In this document: positions 35,482-43,951 of the stretch, piece after piece | Layout: each line of letters begins with the position of its first letter | Numbering within the stretch: the stretch's first letter is position 1 | Origin: Verrucomicrobiota bacterium | GTDB lineage: Bacteria > Verrucomicrobiota > Verrucomicrobiia > Methylacidiphilales > JBCBYL01 | Assembly: GCA_038748025.1 (NCBI GenBank) | Contig: JBCDJI010000002.1 | Span: 7,089 to 71,088 of the forward strand | DNA: 64,000 nucleotides | Direction: 5' to 3' | Translations under genes and position numbers: made by a program | The notes under the pieces: generated by a model | Told to the model about the DNA's origin: nothing | The model's input: only the letters and a program-made list of their open reading frames with translations | The model's database searches: none

Positions 35482-36036
35482 ATGATGAGCCTCGTAGAAT
35501 TAAGACGCCTGTTTTCCGAGTGGAACATCCGCCTCAAGCGGGTGCAGGAAGTCCTGCAGCCGGAAGCCTGGACTGAAGAAGACTGGAATCAGTTTTCCAA
35601 GACTCTTTCTTTTGTAACCCAGAAATACGGCAAGACGTGGGAAGAGAACGGCACCACCTACTATGATCTGCGCTGGAACCTGACTGACGGCGGGGAACTG
35701 GCCTGCCAGTTTGATGAAAGTCCGGGCGACCGACGTGCACTAGTTGTCGCCCAGCACGGAGGCTTCGCAGATGGCACCGAGAACTACATCTGGTTCTATT
35801 GCGAGTTCAATGAACAAGGCGAATTCATTGGCGATCCATACTGGGTCGACGGCAACTGGAAAGATGCACTGGCGATGATCTTCATGCCCCAGAAAATGCC
35901 CAGTCAGTTTTACCTGCAGGATAGCAATGCCCCGATGCAGAACAACCTGCTGCAACAGAGTTCCGAAACCACCAACCACTACCATCAGGGAAATCCTGAA
36001 TCCCAGTGGCGTCAAGCCCAGGCTGTCACCGTTTAG
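35482..36036 (+). CDS. Hypothetical acidic, Trp-rich protein
   Basis: Strong SD AAGGAGG; followed by a terminator. Confidence 0.75.
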   Translation: MMSLVELRRLFSEWNIRLKRVQEVLQPEAWTEEDWNQFSKTLSFVTQKYGKTWEENGTTYYDLRWNLTDGGELACQFDESPGDRRALVVAQHGGFADGTENYIWFYCEFNEQGEFIGDPYWVDGNWKDALAMIFMPQKMPSQFYLQDSNAPMQNNLLQQSSETTNHYHQGNPESQWRQAQAVTV

Positions 36037-36058
36037 TATTCCTTTTGTTTCCTCTCCG

Positions 36059-36098
36059 AAATCCCCCACTGCTGGTTCCTCTGCAGTGGGGGATTTTT
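36059..36098 (+). terminator. Rho-independent terminator
   Basis: AAATCCCCCACTGC-N10-GCAGTGGGGGATTT followed by TT. Confidence 0.85.
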
Positions 36099-36104
36099 AT
36101 ATAA

Positions 36105-36478
36105 ACAGGGAGAACACAGAGGTCACAGAGTCAAAATATGATCGTGACAATGAGCCATATCAACACGATATGAGTGTCAGGTAATCCACATTTAATACCC
36201 CCATCAAACTGACTCTTTGGGTGTTTGGCACGCTGGCTTTCATTTGAATATTCATAGCTTTTCCAGACCTGATGAACCCTTTTTTCAATCGTTAAAGTCC
36301 TGAAACGAAGCTTGCAGCTCATTTTTTCTTCTTGAAATAGCATTACATTCGTAGGCCTTCGCATTAAAAAAATGCCGGATTAAGCTGAGAATGCCACCAT
36401 TTGCAAAGAACCTACGGCGAAATTCCCGAGTAACTTCTGATATTACTCCGGTCTCTGTGTCCTCCGTGAGCTCCCAGT
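36105..36478. repeat. Element bounded by 26-bp imperfect inverted repeats with an AT-rich interior
   Basis: ACAGGGAGAACACAGAGGTCACAGAG (36105-30) versus the reverse complement of 36453-78: 21/26 identical. Confidence 0.6.
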
Positions 36479-36483
36479 AAAAA

Positions 36484-37605
36484 TCAGTTGGCCGAATAAG
36501 TCCGGCCTTTCCAGGTCATCTCTCCCTGGGAGAACTGCAGCCAGGAATTCAGGGCAATGCAAAGTTCCAGCACCTGTCCAAACGGATGGAGGATCGCTCC
36601 CCTGATGGAATGCTTCACACGCCAAACTAAGAGGAAGCGGATCAGGTAGATCCCGATTAACTGCAGCGCCACCCAAGGGAGCCACTCGGCGCACGATACC
36701 AGACCGATGACAAACCAGAGAAAGGGCAGAAACAGGCAGAAGCATTGAATCCCCTGCAGCATTAGAAAAGCGAACACAGAGCCGTCACAGCCCGCACGCA
36801 AATTTTTACTGAAGCCTTCCCAGATATCCGCCAGGCACTCATACATCCTACAAGTCACCAGGCGGCTGCCATCCGCGTTGATGACTTTCAGTCCCGCTAC
36901 TTTGGCCAGACGCGCCAGCGAAACATCTTCTACCAGATGGTTTTTCACAGCGGCGTGTCCACCAATTTCATCGTATCCACCACGCAGAAACGCAATGAAC
37001 TGTCCATTGGCTGCCCCCAGACTGCGCCAGCGTCCAGGCATCCAATGCGGAAGAAACACCAGCAACAGGATGTGCACAAACGGAACTACCAGCTTCTCAG
37101 CTACGGTTTGGGTGCGCTGATAGGGCCAGAGCGAAATCATGTCAGCATCCTTCAGCAACAAGGTGCACAATGCAGCACCGATACTGTCCGGATGGTGCAT
37201 GGTGTCAGCATCAGTGAACACCAGCGCAATGCCGCTGGCCTGCTCAGAAAGTTGGTGACAGGCCCAGGCTTTACCAGTCCACCCTGCGGGTAAATCTTTC
37301 CCTGACAGTCGATGCACGCGTGAGTCCCGCTGGCACCATTCTTCGATGATGTCAGCCGTTCCATCCTCCGAATGATCATCCAGCACCAGAATTTCATACA
37401 GCTCCGCGTTCTGCTGCGTCAGAGATTCCAGACAGGCCCCGATACAAGCCTCTTCATTACGCGCCGGTATCAGCACCGAAATTTTAGATGGCAGTCTGCT
37501 TCCAAAAACATGCGGGCGGCGAAAAACGAATAAATTCAGCAGCAGGTGCGCTAGCAGGCCGAAGACGCCACATGTAATAAGAATCTGATAGACAAGCATC
37601 AGCAT
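36484..37605 (-). CDS. GT2 glycosyltransferase, CrtQ/CruC-like carotenoid glycosyltransferase
   Basis: VLIPARNEE, LDDHSEDGT, GWTGKAWACHQL, FTDAD, ANGQF, VEDVSLA, CRMY, WKGRTY; start uncertain (37605-37665). Confidence 0.8.
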   Translation of the reverse strand: MLMLVYQILITCGVFGLLAHLLLNLFVFRRPHVFGSRLPSKISVLIPARNEEACIGACLESLTQQNAELYEILVLDDHSEDGTADIIEEWCQRDSRVHRLSGKDLPAGWTGKAWACHQLSEQASGIALVFTDADTMHHPDSIGAALCTLLLKDADMISLWPYQRTQTVAEKLVVPFVHILLLVFLPHWMPGRWRSLGAANGQFIAFLRGGYDEIGGHAAVKNHLVEDVSLARLAKVAGLKVINADGSRLVTCRMYECLADIWEGFSKNLRAGCDGSVFAFLMLQGIQCFCLFLPFLWFVIGLVSCAEWLPWVALQLIGIYLIRFLLVWRVKHSIRGAILHPFGQVLELCIALNSWLQFSQGEMTWKGRTYSAN

Positions 37606-37688
37606 GCAGGGCGAGATTGCACCTCGTCCTTTGTTGATACGGCGAGATGCAATCTTGCCCTGCATTTATTTCCAGCCATGTTAATCAT

Positions 37689-38426
37689 CTAGTTTTCCCG
37701 ACTAAACCCTTTGAGTTTGCCGGTAAAGAACCGCTTCACCCATTCCCAACGCTTATTCATGGAAAGTCCGGCAGTAAGCACAGTTTCGTATTCCAGAAAG
37801 TCTTGTGCTTTAACATCAGAATGGAGTTGTTGCAATAATCCCGTCAATGACTGCTCAATCCGCTGATCCGTATTATCGGCAGCTATGTAGGGTTTACCCA
37901 TCCGCAAGTATGCAAAAGGATGCTGCTCCCGTTCAAAGCCGAACTGCATCACCATAGGCAACATCAGGGCGTTGGGAAATCGCTTCGACAAAAAATCAAT
38001 TCCAGGGCGTGGTTCGATCGGTTCATGCGGAGATCCCATGACACCCTGCGGAAAGATCCAGATCAGTGTCCGACTCTGTCTCAACAATCCGCAGGTATAG
38101 CGGATGGTTCCGGCCGCCCTTAATGAGTTTTCCAGATCCACCGAAAATGCTCCCAGCCAGGAAAGAAAAGGATAATGCTTCATCTGTTTTTCTTCCATCA
38201 TGCAGTAAAAGTCTTTGCCTTTCTGGCAGCGGCTAAGATAAAAGATAATCACCCCGTCCCACCAGTTACTGTGATTAGCAAAAGCAATGACCGGTCGTGT
38301 CCGTTCCAATCCGCGCAAGTGCTCCATTCCAGCTGCGCGAATAGCGTGAAAATTGTTACGCAACATGCATTTTAGAAACCAATAAAGCAGGCTGTCACGA
38401 AACGGGTCTTTTTGAGCTGGAATCAT
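37689..38426 (-). CDS. PlsC-like acyltransferase (CruD-like)
   Basis: ANHSNWWDG (HxxxxD), MMEEKQM, LGAFSVD, WIFPQG. Confidence 0.85.
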   Translation of the reverse strand: MIPAQKDPFRDSLLYWFLKCMLRNNFHAIRAAGMEHLRGLERTRPVIAFANHSNWWDGVIIFYLSRCQKGKDFYCMMEEKQMKHYPFLSWLGAFSVDLENSLRAAGTIRYTCGLLRQSRTLIWIFPQGVMGSPHEPIEPRPGIDFLSKRFPNALMLPMVMQFGFEREQHPFAYLRMGKPYIAADNTDQRIEQSLTGLLQQLHSDVKAQDFLEYETVLTAGLSMNKRWEWVKRFFTGKLKGFSREN

Positions 38427-38432
38427 TTTGTT

Positions 38433-39299
38433 TCATTTAAGCAACAGCCGACGTAAGACCAAGCCACATTTACGGGGAAAACTGACAAAGCAGCGCGTCC
38501 GGAAGACGTTGTAATTCTTCCGCTCAATCTCATCGAGAATACCGGCATACACATCCCTCATGACCCATACCGCCCGTTGTGATCCATCCGCTTCCAGATG
38601 AGCAATGCCTGTTTCACTGTCACGATAATACTCGCGTGCCCGCTCAATCTGGAAGGCCATGAACTCCTCCCAAGCAGGTGTAACCTGGCCCAGATGCAGA
38701 TCCGCTTCGCTCATTCCATACCCGGACAATTCCTCTTGCGGCAGGTAAATCCGGTTCCGTTCCAGATCTTCGGCGATATCACGCAGGATATTGGTAAGCT
38801 GCATCGCATTCCCCAGCTCAATCGCCTGCTTTTCATACTGACGATCCTTCAGTTCGAAGATACGGGTCATAATCAATCCGACCACTCCAGCCACCAGGTA
38901 ACAGTAGCGATCCAGCTCTGCCCAGGTCCGCAACCGCACCGCCCCCTGATCCAGTTCCACCCCTGCAATCAGATCATCAATATAAGCTCGCGGTATCTCG
39001 CATTCGCGAATTGTTTCTTTCACTGCCGGCAGCCAAGGATATACATCCAGGTCATCAGGGGTGAGCTCACCGGCGTAGAGCCGGTCCACCAGCGAACGCA
39101 GTGAAGCTACCGCCCGTTTCAAATCATCCCCCTGCGGTGCTTCATCAATACGATCATCGATCAACCGGCATAAGGCATATACTGCATAGGCACGCTGACG
39201 CTTGACGGCAGGCAACGCAAAGGAGCTGAAATAAAAGCTCTTCGCATGAAACTTCGTCTGCTGCCGGGCGGCAGCATATGCTGCTGCAAGAGTGGTCAT
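38433..39299 (-). CDS. crtB: Phytoene/squalene synthase family protein
   Basis: HAKSFYFSS, CRLIDDRID, YCYLVAGVVG, LGNAMQLTNILRDIAED, RIYLP. Confidence 0.8.
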   Translation of the reverse strand: MTTLAAAYAAARQQTKFHAKSFYFSSFALPAVKRQRAYAVYALCRLIDDRIDEAPQGDDLKRAVASLRSLVDRLYAGELTPDDLDVYPWLPAVKETIRECEIPRAYIDDLIAGVELDQGAVRLRTWAELDRYCYLVAGVVGLIMTRIFELKDRQYEKQAIELGNAMQLTNILRDIAEDLERNRIYLPQEELSGYGMSEADLHLGQVTPAWEEFMAFQIERAREYYRDSETGIAHLEADGSQRAVWVMRDVYAGILDEIERKNYNVFRTRCFVSFPRKCGLVLRRLLLK

Positions 39300-39370
39300 A
39301 CTGAACTCGATAATAGTGTAAAAGATGAAGGCCCGCTACTGAATTCATATATCGCAATTTTTATCCGCGA

Positions 39371-39738
39371 ATGAACGCTGATGATCACGAATTAATTATG
39401 AAACATGAGGTTTGCTCCATCATGGCAGCCGCAATGGAGGTTTTTTGTATTAGGCTGTATTTTTCCGAAGGCAGTTTAGCAGGAAGCTCTGCCCGTGGAA
39501 TTAGGTAAGAGAGAAATTCCATTTGGAACTCAAAAAAGGTTCAGCTTTAACATAGGAATATGTCGCGGATATATGCTGCTGCGGAAAAATGGTCATCGAG
39601 ATCTCAGTCTTAAACCGACTCACTTCTACCGAAGAATCCGAAATCATTAATGATCTGAAATTCAGTTAATGCATAGTGCACATACTCATCCATTTCGTTA
39701 CTCAGAAGCTCGCATGGAAACGTGTGGTATTAACCAAA
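39371..39738 (+). pseudogene. Degraded GxxExxY-family protein with flanking imperfect inverted repeats
   Basis: Stitched frames read MNADDHELIMKHEVCSIMAAAMEV / LGCIFPKAV*QEALPVELGKREIPFGTQK / EYVADICCCGKMVIEI...LTSTEESEIINDLK..*..ILIHF...LAWKRVVL; two frameshifts and two stops. Confidence 0.75.
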
Positions 39739-39798
39739 CACAAGAGTGCGCAAGGAGTGGATTCATTTGTGTCAATTGGCCAGATTCGGAGATAAACT

Positions 39799-40872
39799 CT
39801 AAGCACCCACTTTGATCTGTGACTTCACCCCCTGAATGGCAGTGCGCAGAGTGGCGGCTTCTGCTTCGGTAAATTCACCGGAGTCCAGTTGCCGCTCAGA
39901 ATCTTCAAAGAGTTCGCGGGTTCTTACCGCCAGACGATCCAATGAGCCGGATTTACGAATCAGGTCGTAGAGCTTGACTAGAGTAGACTCTGTTTTGCGC
40001 TCGCTGCCTAAACACATCTGGAAGAAACTGCGATCTACTTCATTCAGCGATTCAAAAGTCTCGTGCACCAGCATGGTTTTTTTTCCTTCCAGTAAGTCGG
40101 TGGGAAATTCCACCATCTCTTTGTCAATATAACGGAACTCCAGCAAGTCATTATCGATCTGAAATGCGAGGCCCAAAGGTCTGACAAAATCACGGATCGA
40201 CTTGATCTTGGCGTCACTTGCTCCTGCCAGCAGTGCTCCCATCACACAGGGTGCCTCAAAGGTGTAACGGGTAGTCTTGAGGTAGTACATTTCCTCGATT
40301 TCTTCAGCGGTCACACGCGATACGTCTCGGCTGCCCAGCACGATATCATAGATTTCACCTGCGCCTGTATCAGCAGCATATTTCAGAAACATCTTCTGCG
40401 CCCGGATACGTAACTCCGCCGGGAAATCTGTATCCAGCATGGCTTCCATGGCCATGGTAAACATCATGTCGCCAGCCACAATCGCTATGCTTTCACCGTG
40501 GCGCTGGCTGGATTCGTAAGGTTCCAGACGACGCTGCGCCAGCTTGTGAAAAGTGGGCTGATGACGGCGAAGTTCTGAGCGATCAATCACGTCGTCATGC
40601 ATCAGGATAAAACTGTGCAGCAATTCCATTGCCATTGCGGATTGTAAAACAGCCGGATCTGTAACAGGACGATCTCCTCCAAATGTCTGATATCCGGTCA
40701 TAAGCAGCATGGGGCGAATGCGCTTACCTTTGCGGCCGGTGAACTCACATAAATCAAAATACAGTGATTCAAACCATTCTCCGTAGTCATAATCGGATTT
40801 CCTGCGCTCAAAATAATCCTGCATGCAGTGCTCAAGTGCGCTGAAGGTCTTGTCTGCATCAGAATAATTCAT
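39799..40872 (-). CDS. Polyprenyl (GGPP) synthase, IdsA/CrtE-like
   Basis: GKRIRP, ELLHSFILMHDDVIDRSELRR (FARM), LKTTRYT, DLLEGKKT; second Asp-rich motif atypical (NDLLE). Confidence 0.88.
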   Translation of the reverse strand: MNYSDADKTFSALEHCMQDYFERRKSDYDYGEWFESLYFDLCEFTGRKGKRIRPMLLMTGYQTFGGDRPVTDPAVLQSAMAMELLHSFILMHDDVIDRSELRRHQPTFHKLAQRRLEPYESSQRHGESIAIVAGDMMFTMAMEAMLDTDFPAELRIRAQKMFLKYAADTGAGEIYDIVLGSRDVSRVTAEEIEEMYYLKTTRYTFEAPCVMGALLAGASDAKIKSIRDFVRPLGLAFQIDNDLLEFRYIDKEMVEFPTDLLEGKKTMLVHETFESLNEVDRSFFQMCLGSERKTESTLVKLYDLIRKSGSLDRLAVRTRELFEDSERQLDSGEFTEAEAATLRTAIQGVKSQIKVGA

Positions 40873-41067
40873 ACTGGTGAGGCTAAGTCGTATTTATGGG
40901 ATTGCAAACATCCCTGATTTATTTTTGTATCTCGTCAGAATAGCTGATTATAGCAAGTTGTGTGCCTTATTCATCTCCGCGACATGCTGGACAGATTTAG
41001 ACCGGCGACCGCTTACTGATTTCACGCATCCGTTTCGCTTGCCAGAGAATCTGCCCGGGCCGCCGTC

Positions 41068-41958
41068 TTAATTTTTGAGCGGTGTCACTACCAGCGCATG
41101 TTTTTCATGCGCAACACGGCAGTGTGGAGGAACGCTTTCAATCAGAAACACATTCCCGTTCACCGTGCTGCCTTCACCAATAACGGTCTCACCACCCAGA
41201 ATGGTGGCTCCGGGATAAATGGTGACATAATCCTCAATGGTAGGATGCCGTTTTTTACCACGCAATTCTTCCACATGGCTGGTCGAGCGCGCCCCCAGGG
41301 TCACTCCGTGATAGATTTTAACGTGCTCGCCAATTTCACAGGTTTCTCCAATGACAACGCCTGTACCGTGATCAATAAAGAAGAACCGGCCAATGTGGGC
41401 TCCGGGGTGAATATCAATTCCAGTGCGACTATGCGCCCATTCGGTCATCATGCGGGGAATCAGCTTGATACCGGATGCATAAAGCGTATGCGCCATCCGC
41501 TGCACTGTAATGGCTTCCAGACCGGGATAAGCCAAAATGATTTCCTCAAAACTGGTAGCAGCCGGATCCCCCTCAAAAGCCGCTTCCACATCCGTGCGCA
41601 GGACCTGGCGGATGACAGGTAGCTGTTGTATGAAATCACAGACAATCTGCTGGGCTTCGGCGTCCGCGTCTCCTGTTTTTACTTCTGCAATCCACTGAAA
41701 CTCCAGACTTTTGGCTACCTCACGCCCCAGGTTCTCACAAACTGAATCCAACTTCTCCTGAGTCATCTCATGGAAGCACTGATTGGTCGCATCTTTATTC
41801 ATGTAGAAACCGGGGAAGACCAAACGCAGCAGGGTGCGGGTGATTTCGGAAACCGTATGCTTGGAAGGGAGATTAGCTCCTTCAATGTGGTTGATCCCGC
41901 CCACTTCTTCATACGAAGTCAGCAGTTCATTAATGAGAGCACTGCGGTCCATAGCCAT
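41068..41958 (-). CDS. cysE: Serine O-acetyltransferase
   Basis: DVEAAFEGDPAA, YPGL, TGIDIHPGA, FIDHGTGVVIGET, KRHPTI. Confidence 0.92.
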   Translation of the reverse strand: MAMDRSALINELLTSYEEVGGINHIEGANLPSKHTVSEITRTLLRLVFPGFYMNKDATNQCFHEMTQEKLDSVCENLGREVAKSLEFQWIAEVKTGDADAEAQQIVCDFIQQLPVIRQVLRTDVEAAFEGDPAATSFEEIILAYPGLEAITVQRMAHTLYASGIKLIPRMMTEWAHSRTGIDIHPGAHIGRFFFIDHGTGVVIGETCEIGEHVKIYHGVTLGARSTSHVEELRGKKRHPTIEDYVTIYPGATILGGETVIGEGSTVNGNVFLIESVPPHCRVAHEKHALVVTPLKN

Positions 41959-42127
41959 AACTCCGCTAGAGTATCTGCGGTTTCATGGATTCTCCAACAA
42001 AAGAATTTGGAGAAATTTACCAGCTGAAGGATCAGAAGGATATTTTCTTATTATTACTTCGTTTTTACTTCTTTATTCTGGCTTTAAACCGTCTTGCCTG
42101 ATCCGCTTTTCCCTCTTCAATAGAGAC

Positions 42128-43030
42128 ATGCGTGACGTCTATCGAACGAATGAGTTGAATGAACTCAAAGGTATGGAGAACCTCTACGGGGTGATCGGCT
42201 GCCCGGTGGCGCATTCCTTATCCCCTGCCATGCAACTCGCCGGATTCCAATCGCTTGGCATCGATGCGCAGTATGTCCGGGTTGAAATTCAGCCGGAAGA
42301 ACTGCCGGATGCCATTCAGACCATGCGCGAATTGCCATTTCAAGGCTGGAACTGCACGCTACCGCATAAACTGGAACTGGCCCGGCTGGTAGATCAGCTT
42401 GGCGAATCCACCCGAAGACTCGGCGGCGTCAACACTGTCATTCATGAAAATGGTCAACTTACCGGTTTCAATACTGACGGCGAAGGCTGGATGCGGGCCG
42501 TGCGAGAAGTGTTTTCACTGGATGTCCGGGATCTACGAATCCTCATTCTCGGCACTGGCGGCGCCGGGCAGGCACTGGCGCGCCAGGTCGCTTCGGAAGG
42601 CTGCGAGCGACTGGTGCTGGCCAACCGCTCGGTCGAAAAGGCCGAAAGACTTGCAGGGGAACTTAAGCCGCATTTTATCTCTGATAAACTATTAGGTTCT
42701 CATGACAGGCTCCGCGTTATTCCACTGGACGATGCCGCCCTTGAACCGGAACTGGAAGCCATCGATCTGATCGTTAACGGCACCTCACTCGGACTTAAAG
42801 CCACCGATCCGCCTGTGTTGCATGACCGCCTCTTGCAGCCACACCTCTGCATCTATGATACCATCTATCGCAAGACTCGACTTCAGGAAGCTGCCATAGC
42901 TGCCGGTGCGCGGGTTTCCAACGGACTTTCTATGCTGCTGCACCAGGGCGCATTGTCATTGGAATTGTGGACCGAGCAAAATGCGCCTGTCGAGGTCATG
43001 CGTGATGCCTTAACCAAAGCAGCTGCATAA
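42128..43030 (+). CDS. aroE: Shikimate dehydrogenase
   Basis: GCPVAHSLSP, NCTLPHK, GVNT, NTDGEG, GTGGAG, GLSMLLHQG; start set at ATG 42128. Confidence 0.92.
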   Translation: MRDVYRTNELNELKGMENLYGVIGCPVAHSLSPAMQLAGFQSLGIDAQYVRVEIQPEELPDAIQTMRELPFQGWNCTLPHKLELARLVDQLGESTRRLGGVNTVIHENGQLTGFNTDGEGWMRAVREVFSLDVRDLRILILGTGGAGQALARQVASEGCERLVLANRSVEKAERLAGELKPHFISDKLLGSHDRLRVIPLDDAALEPELEAIDLIVNGTSLGLKATDPPVLHDRLLQPHLCIYDTIYRKTRLQEAAIAAGARVSNGLSMLLHQGALSLELWTEQNAPVEVMRDALTKAAA

Positions 43031-43840
43031 ATGTCATTCCTAAACATCACGCTATACTATATCTATCCGTTTCTGCTGGGTGCGTGTGTGGGTTCATTCA
43101 TCAATGTGATCGTCTACCGGCTACCCTTGGGCCGCTCGATTATCTATCCTGGTTCTCACTGTGCGGCCTGTGGTAAACCGCTAAAGTGGTTCCACAATAT
43201 TCCCATCTTCAGCTGGCTGGCGCTGAAGGGGAAAGCCGCATGCTGCTGCACCAGGATTGATAAACGTTATCCCCTGGTGGAACTGATCACTGCTATTCTT
43301 ACCGTTGTCATCTGGATTCTTTTCCCGGCAGCAGAGGCCTTGGTCTATCTGCTCTTCATTTATGCGTTGATTGTCGGAACGTTTATTGATCTGGACCACT
43401 TTATCATTCCGGACAGCGTATCACTCGGAGGTTGTCTGTTCGGAATACTGGCCAGTCTGCTGGTGCCGGAAATTCACGATACCGTCTCACGCGCTGATGC
43501 CTTGCAGCAATCTCTGATTGGCGTGGGAATCGGCGGAGGTGGACTCTGGTTGATTTCCTTTCTGGGAAAACTGGCCTTGCGCAGAGACGCGATGGGTCTG
43601 GGCGATGTAAAACTGATCGCTGCCATTGGAGCAGTCTGCGGCTGGCAGGGCGTTCTCTTTACCATCGGCTCAGCTTCCATCATGGGTTCGATCATCGGAC
43701 TAGCTGTCATTCTCGGACGTGATCGTAAAGCAGGAGTGCCTATTCCATTTGGTCCATTTCTGGCGGCCGGTTGTCTGCTCTTTATCTTGAAAGGTCACGA
43801 ATGGTTTGATCACTATTTGAACTCAATAGGAATCCATTAG
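43031..43840 (+). CDS. pilD: Prepilin peptidase (A24)
   Basis: GSFINVIVYRLP, SHCAAC, NIPIFSW, FIDLDH, MGLGDVKL, IPFGPFL. Confidence 0.9.
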   Translation: MSFLNITLYYIYPFLLGACVGSFINVIVYRLPLGRSIIYPGSHCAACGKPLKWFHNIPIFSWLALKGKAACCCTRIDKRYPLVELITAILTVVIWILFPAAEALVYLLFIYALIVGTFIDLDHFIIPDSVSLGGCLFGILASLLVPEIHDTVSRADALQQSLIGVGIGGGGLWLISFLGKLALRRDAMGLGDVKLIAAIGAVCGWQGVLFTIGSASIMGSIIGLAVILGRDRKAGVPIPFGPFLAAGCLLFILKGHEWFDHYLNSIGIH

Positions 43841-43951
43841 CTGCGACTCTCCGGATGTGTCTCAGCTAATACTGCCCGACGTGCTTAAAAAAGTTTGGCA
43901 GCCCTGATGAATTCAGGCAACTTAGCCGTCCTTAAAAATACGAGGTTAACT

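Noticed and set aside
36131-36364. 77-aa minus-strand ORF inside the inverted-repeat element
   Set aside because: No SD or motifs; resemblance to GxxExxY too weak to call
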